DNA of 58,423 nucleotides from Candidatus Micrarchaeota archaeon (GTDB lineage: Archaea; Micrarchaeota; Micrarchaeia; Norongarragalinales; SBBD01), in contig JAZDGU010000046.1 in assembly GCA_043806595.1 (NCBI GenBank), positions 1 to 58,423 of the forward strand, written 5' to 3'. Made by a program: the position numbers and the translations under genes. Under the pieces are notes generated by a model. That model saw only the letters and a list, made by a program, of their open reading frames with translations, was not told the origin of the DNA and searched no databases. Below, one piece after another: positions 57,501 to 58,423 of this stretch; positions within the stretch are counted from its first letter, which is position 1; every line of letters begins with the position of its first letter.

Positions 57501-57995
57501 TCAACTCTTGGCGCAGACCTTTACGCCGACGGGGTAGGGCCCGCGGTAGCGCTCGATTGCGACACATTTTTCACCGGGACCGCAGTCCTTTTCCGTGAAG
57601 CACTGCAGGCGGCAGAGTCTGTCGCCGTAGTTCTCCAAGACCTTCTCGGAGGAGCCGTTTGCTCCGTATTTGAAGTACGTGCGCTCAAACCAGTTGCAGA
57701 AGTATCCGTCAGGGCAGTCCTGGGAGGCCGTGCAGTTTAACCCGAAGCCCGTCGGCGGGTTGGGGGTCGGCACTGGCGTTGGCGTCGGAGGAGGGGTCGA
57801 AGGTGTCGGCAAAATCCTGAAGAAGGGCGGAATCGTCCAGTAAATTATCGTCTTCTCGCCGGTCCATTCCGTAGGCGTGGTCGGTATCGGGGTCGGAACC
57901 GGGGTGGAGGAGGCCAGCGGGGCCTCGGGTGCAGGCTGCTGCACGCATCCGGTTAAAATGAAAAACGCGACAGCCGCCGCAAGAAGAACGCGCAT
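57501..57995 (-). CDS. Lipoprotein with Pro/Thr stalk and 8-Cys disulfide-rich domain
   Basis: Lipobox ILTGC; CTASQDCPDGYFC..C and CFTEKDCGPGEKC..C. Confidence 0.8.
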   Translation of the reverse strand: MRVLLAAAVAFFILTGCVQQPAPEAPLASSTPVPTPIPTTPTEWTGEKTIIYWTIPPFFRILPTPSTPPPTPTPVPTPNPPTGFGLNCTASQDCPDGYFCNWFERTYFKYGANGSSEKVLENYGDRLCRLQCFTEKDCGPGEKCVAIERYRGPYPVGVKVCAKS

Positions 57996-58021
57996 GGAGA
58001 AAGCGTAGGGCCTGCGGGGTT

Positions 58022-58423
58022 TTATTTCTTTTCTTGCGCCCCGCGCTGGATTTTCCTGTACTCCTCGTCCAGACCGGCCATCAGCTTGGAGTACATCGGA
58101 TAGTCCATCTCTCGCTTCATGTACCTGCGCACCAGCTCGACGCGCTGCTTCTCGATCGCCGCGAGCCGCTCCTCCCGCTGGCGCGCCTTCCCTGAACCCG
58201 GGAGCCCGCGGCTGATCCGTGCAGCATAGAACAGTCCCGCCATGACGACCAGCACGCCGGCGCCGACCATGACATAGACGAAGAAATCCTGGTCCGGCGG
58301 GGCGTCGGCAAGAGAATCCATCCTCCCTCCGATTTGCACCCAGAGCGCGTAAGCCTCGGCTGACCTGCCCTCGGCCTCCAATTCGTGGGCACGGGCCACG
58401 AGCTGCTTGACTTCATGCACGCC
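58022..58423 (-). CDS. 3' end of a membrane-anchored protein (runs off the window)
   Basis: TM segment plus C-terminal helical RYMKREMD motif; frame open at the window edge. Confidence 0.7.
   Translation of the reverse strand, partial: GVHEVKQLVARAHELEAEGRSAEAYALWVQIGGRMDSLADAPPDQDFFVYVMVGAGVLVVMAGLFYAARISRGLPGSGKARQREERLAAIEKQRVELVRRYMKREMDYPMYSKLMAGLDEEYRKIQRGAQEKK

Overview
High-GC archaeal chromosome segment, most consistent with DPANN (Micrarchaeota-like; inferred from ribosomal-protein features, class II LysRS and a compact gene set). The left ~2.3 kb is accessory: the end of an element integrated at a tRNA-Ser-type att site, carrying a small serine recombinase flanked by two homologous copies of an orphan gene, followed by an MNT-HEPN toxin-antitoxin islet. 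Core genes include rpoP and the uL3-uL29/SUI1 cluster, an N-terminal-only RqcH, a MacB-type ABC system, lysS, cysS, metG, cdc6, nucS, three intron-containing tRNAs (Thr-CGT, Arg-CCT, Ser-GCT) and a fragmented A/V-ATP synthase locus (D, A, orphan, B). The most interesting signals are: (1) a compact group-3-like [NiFe]-hydrogenase module in which HypC has lost its conserved His while the neighbouring DUF6390-like protein appears to hide a HypC-like domain keeping both Cys and His, suggesting a non-canonical maturation route; (2) the recombinase cassette between a full and a 5'-truncated copy of one gene; (3) tRNA-end copies associated with hairpins; (4) an ODC-fold decarboxylase with altered active-site motifs that is overlapped by an extended agmatinase ORF. 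No CRISPR array or rRNA was recognised. All family calls come from motif recognition by eye, not from database searches.
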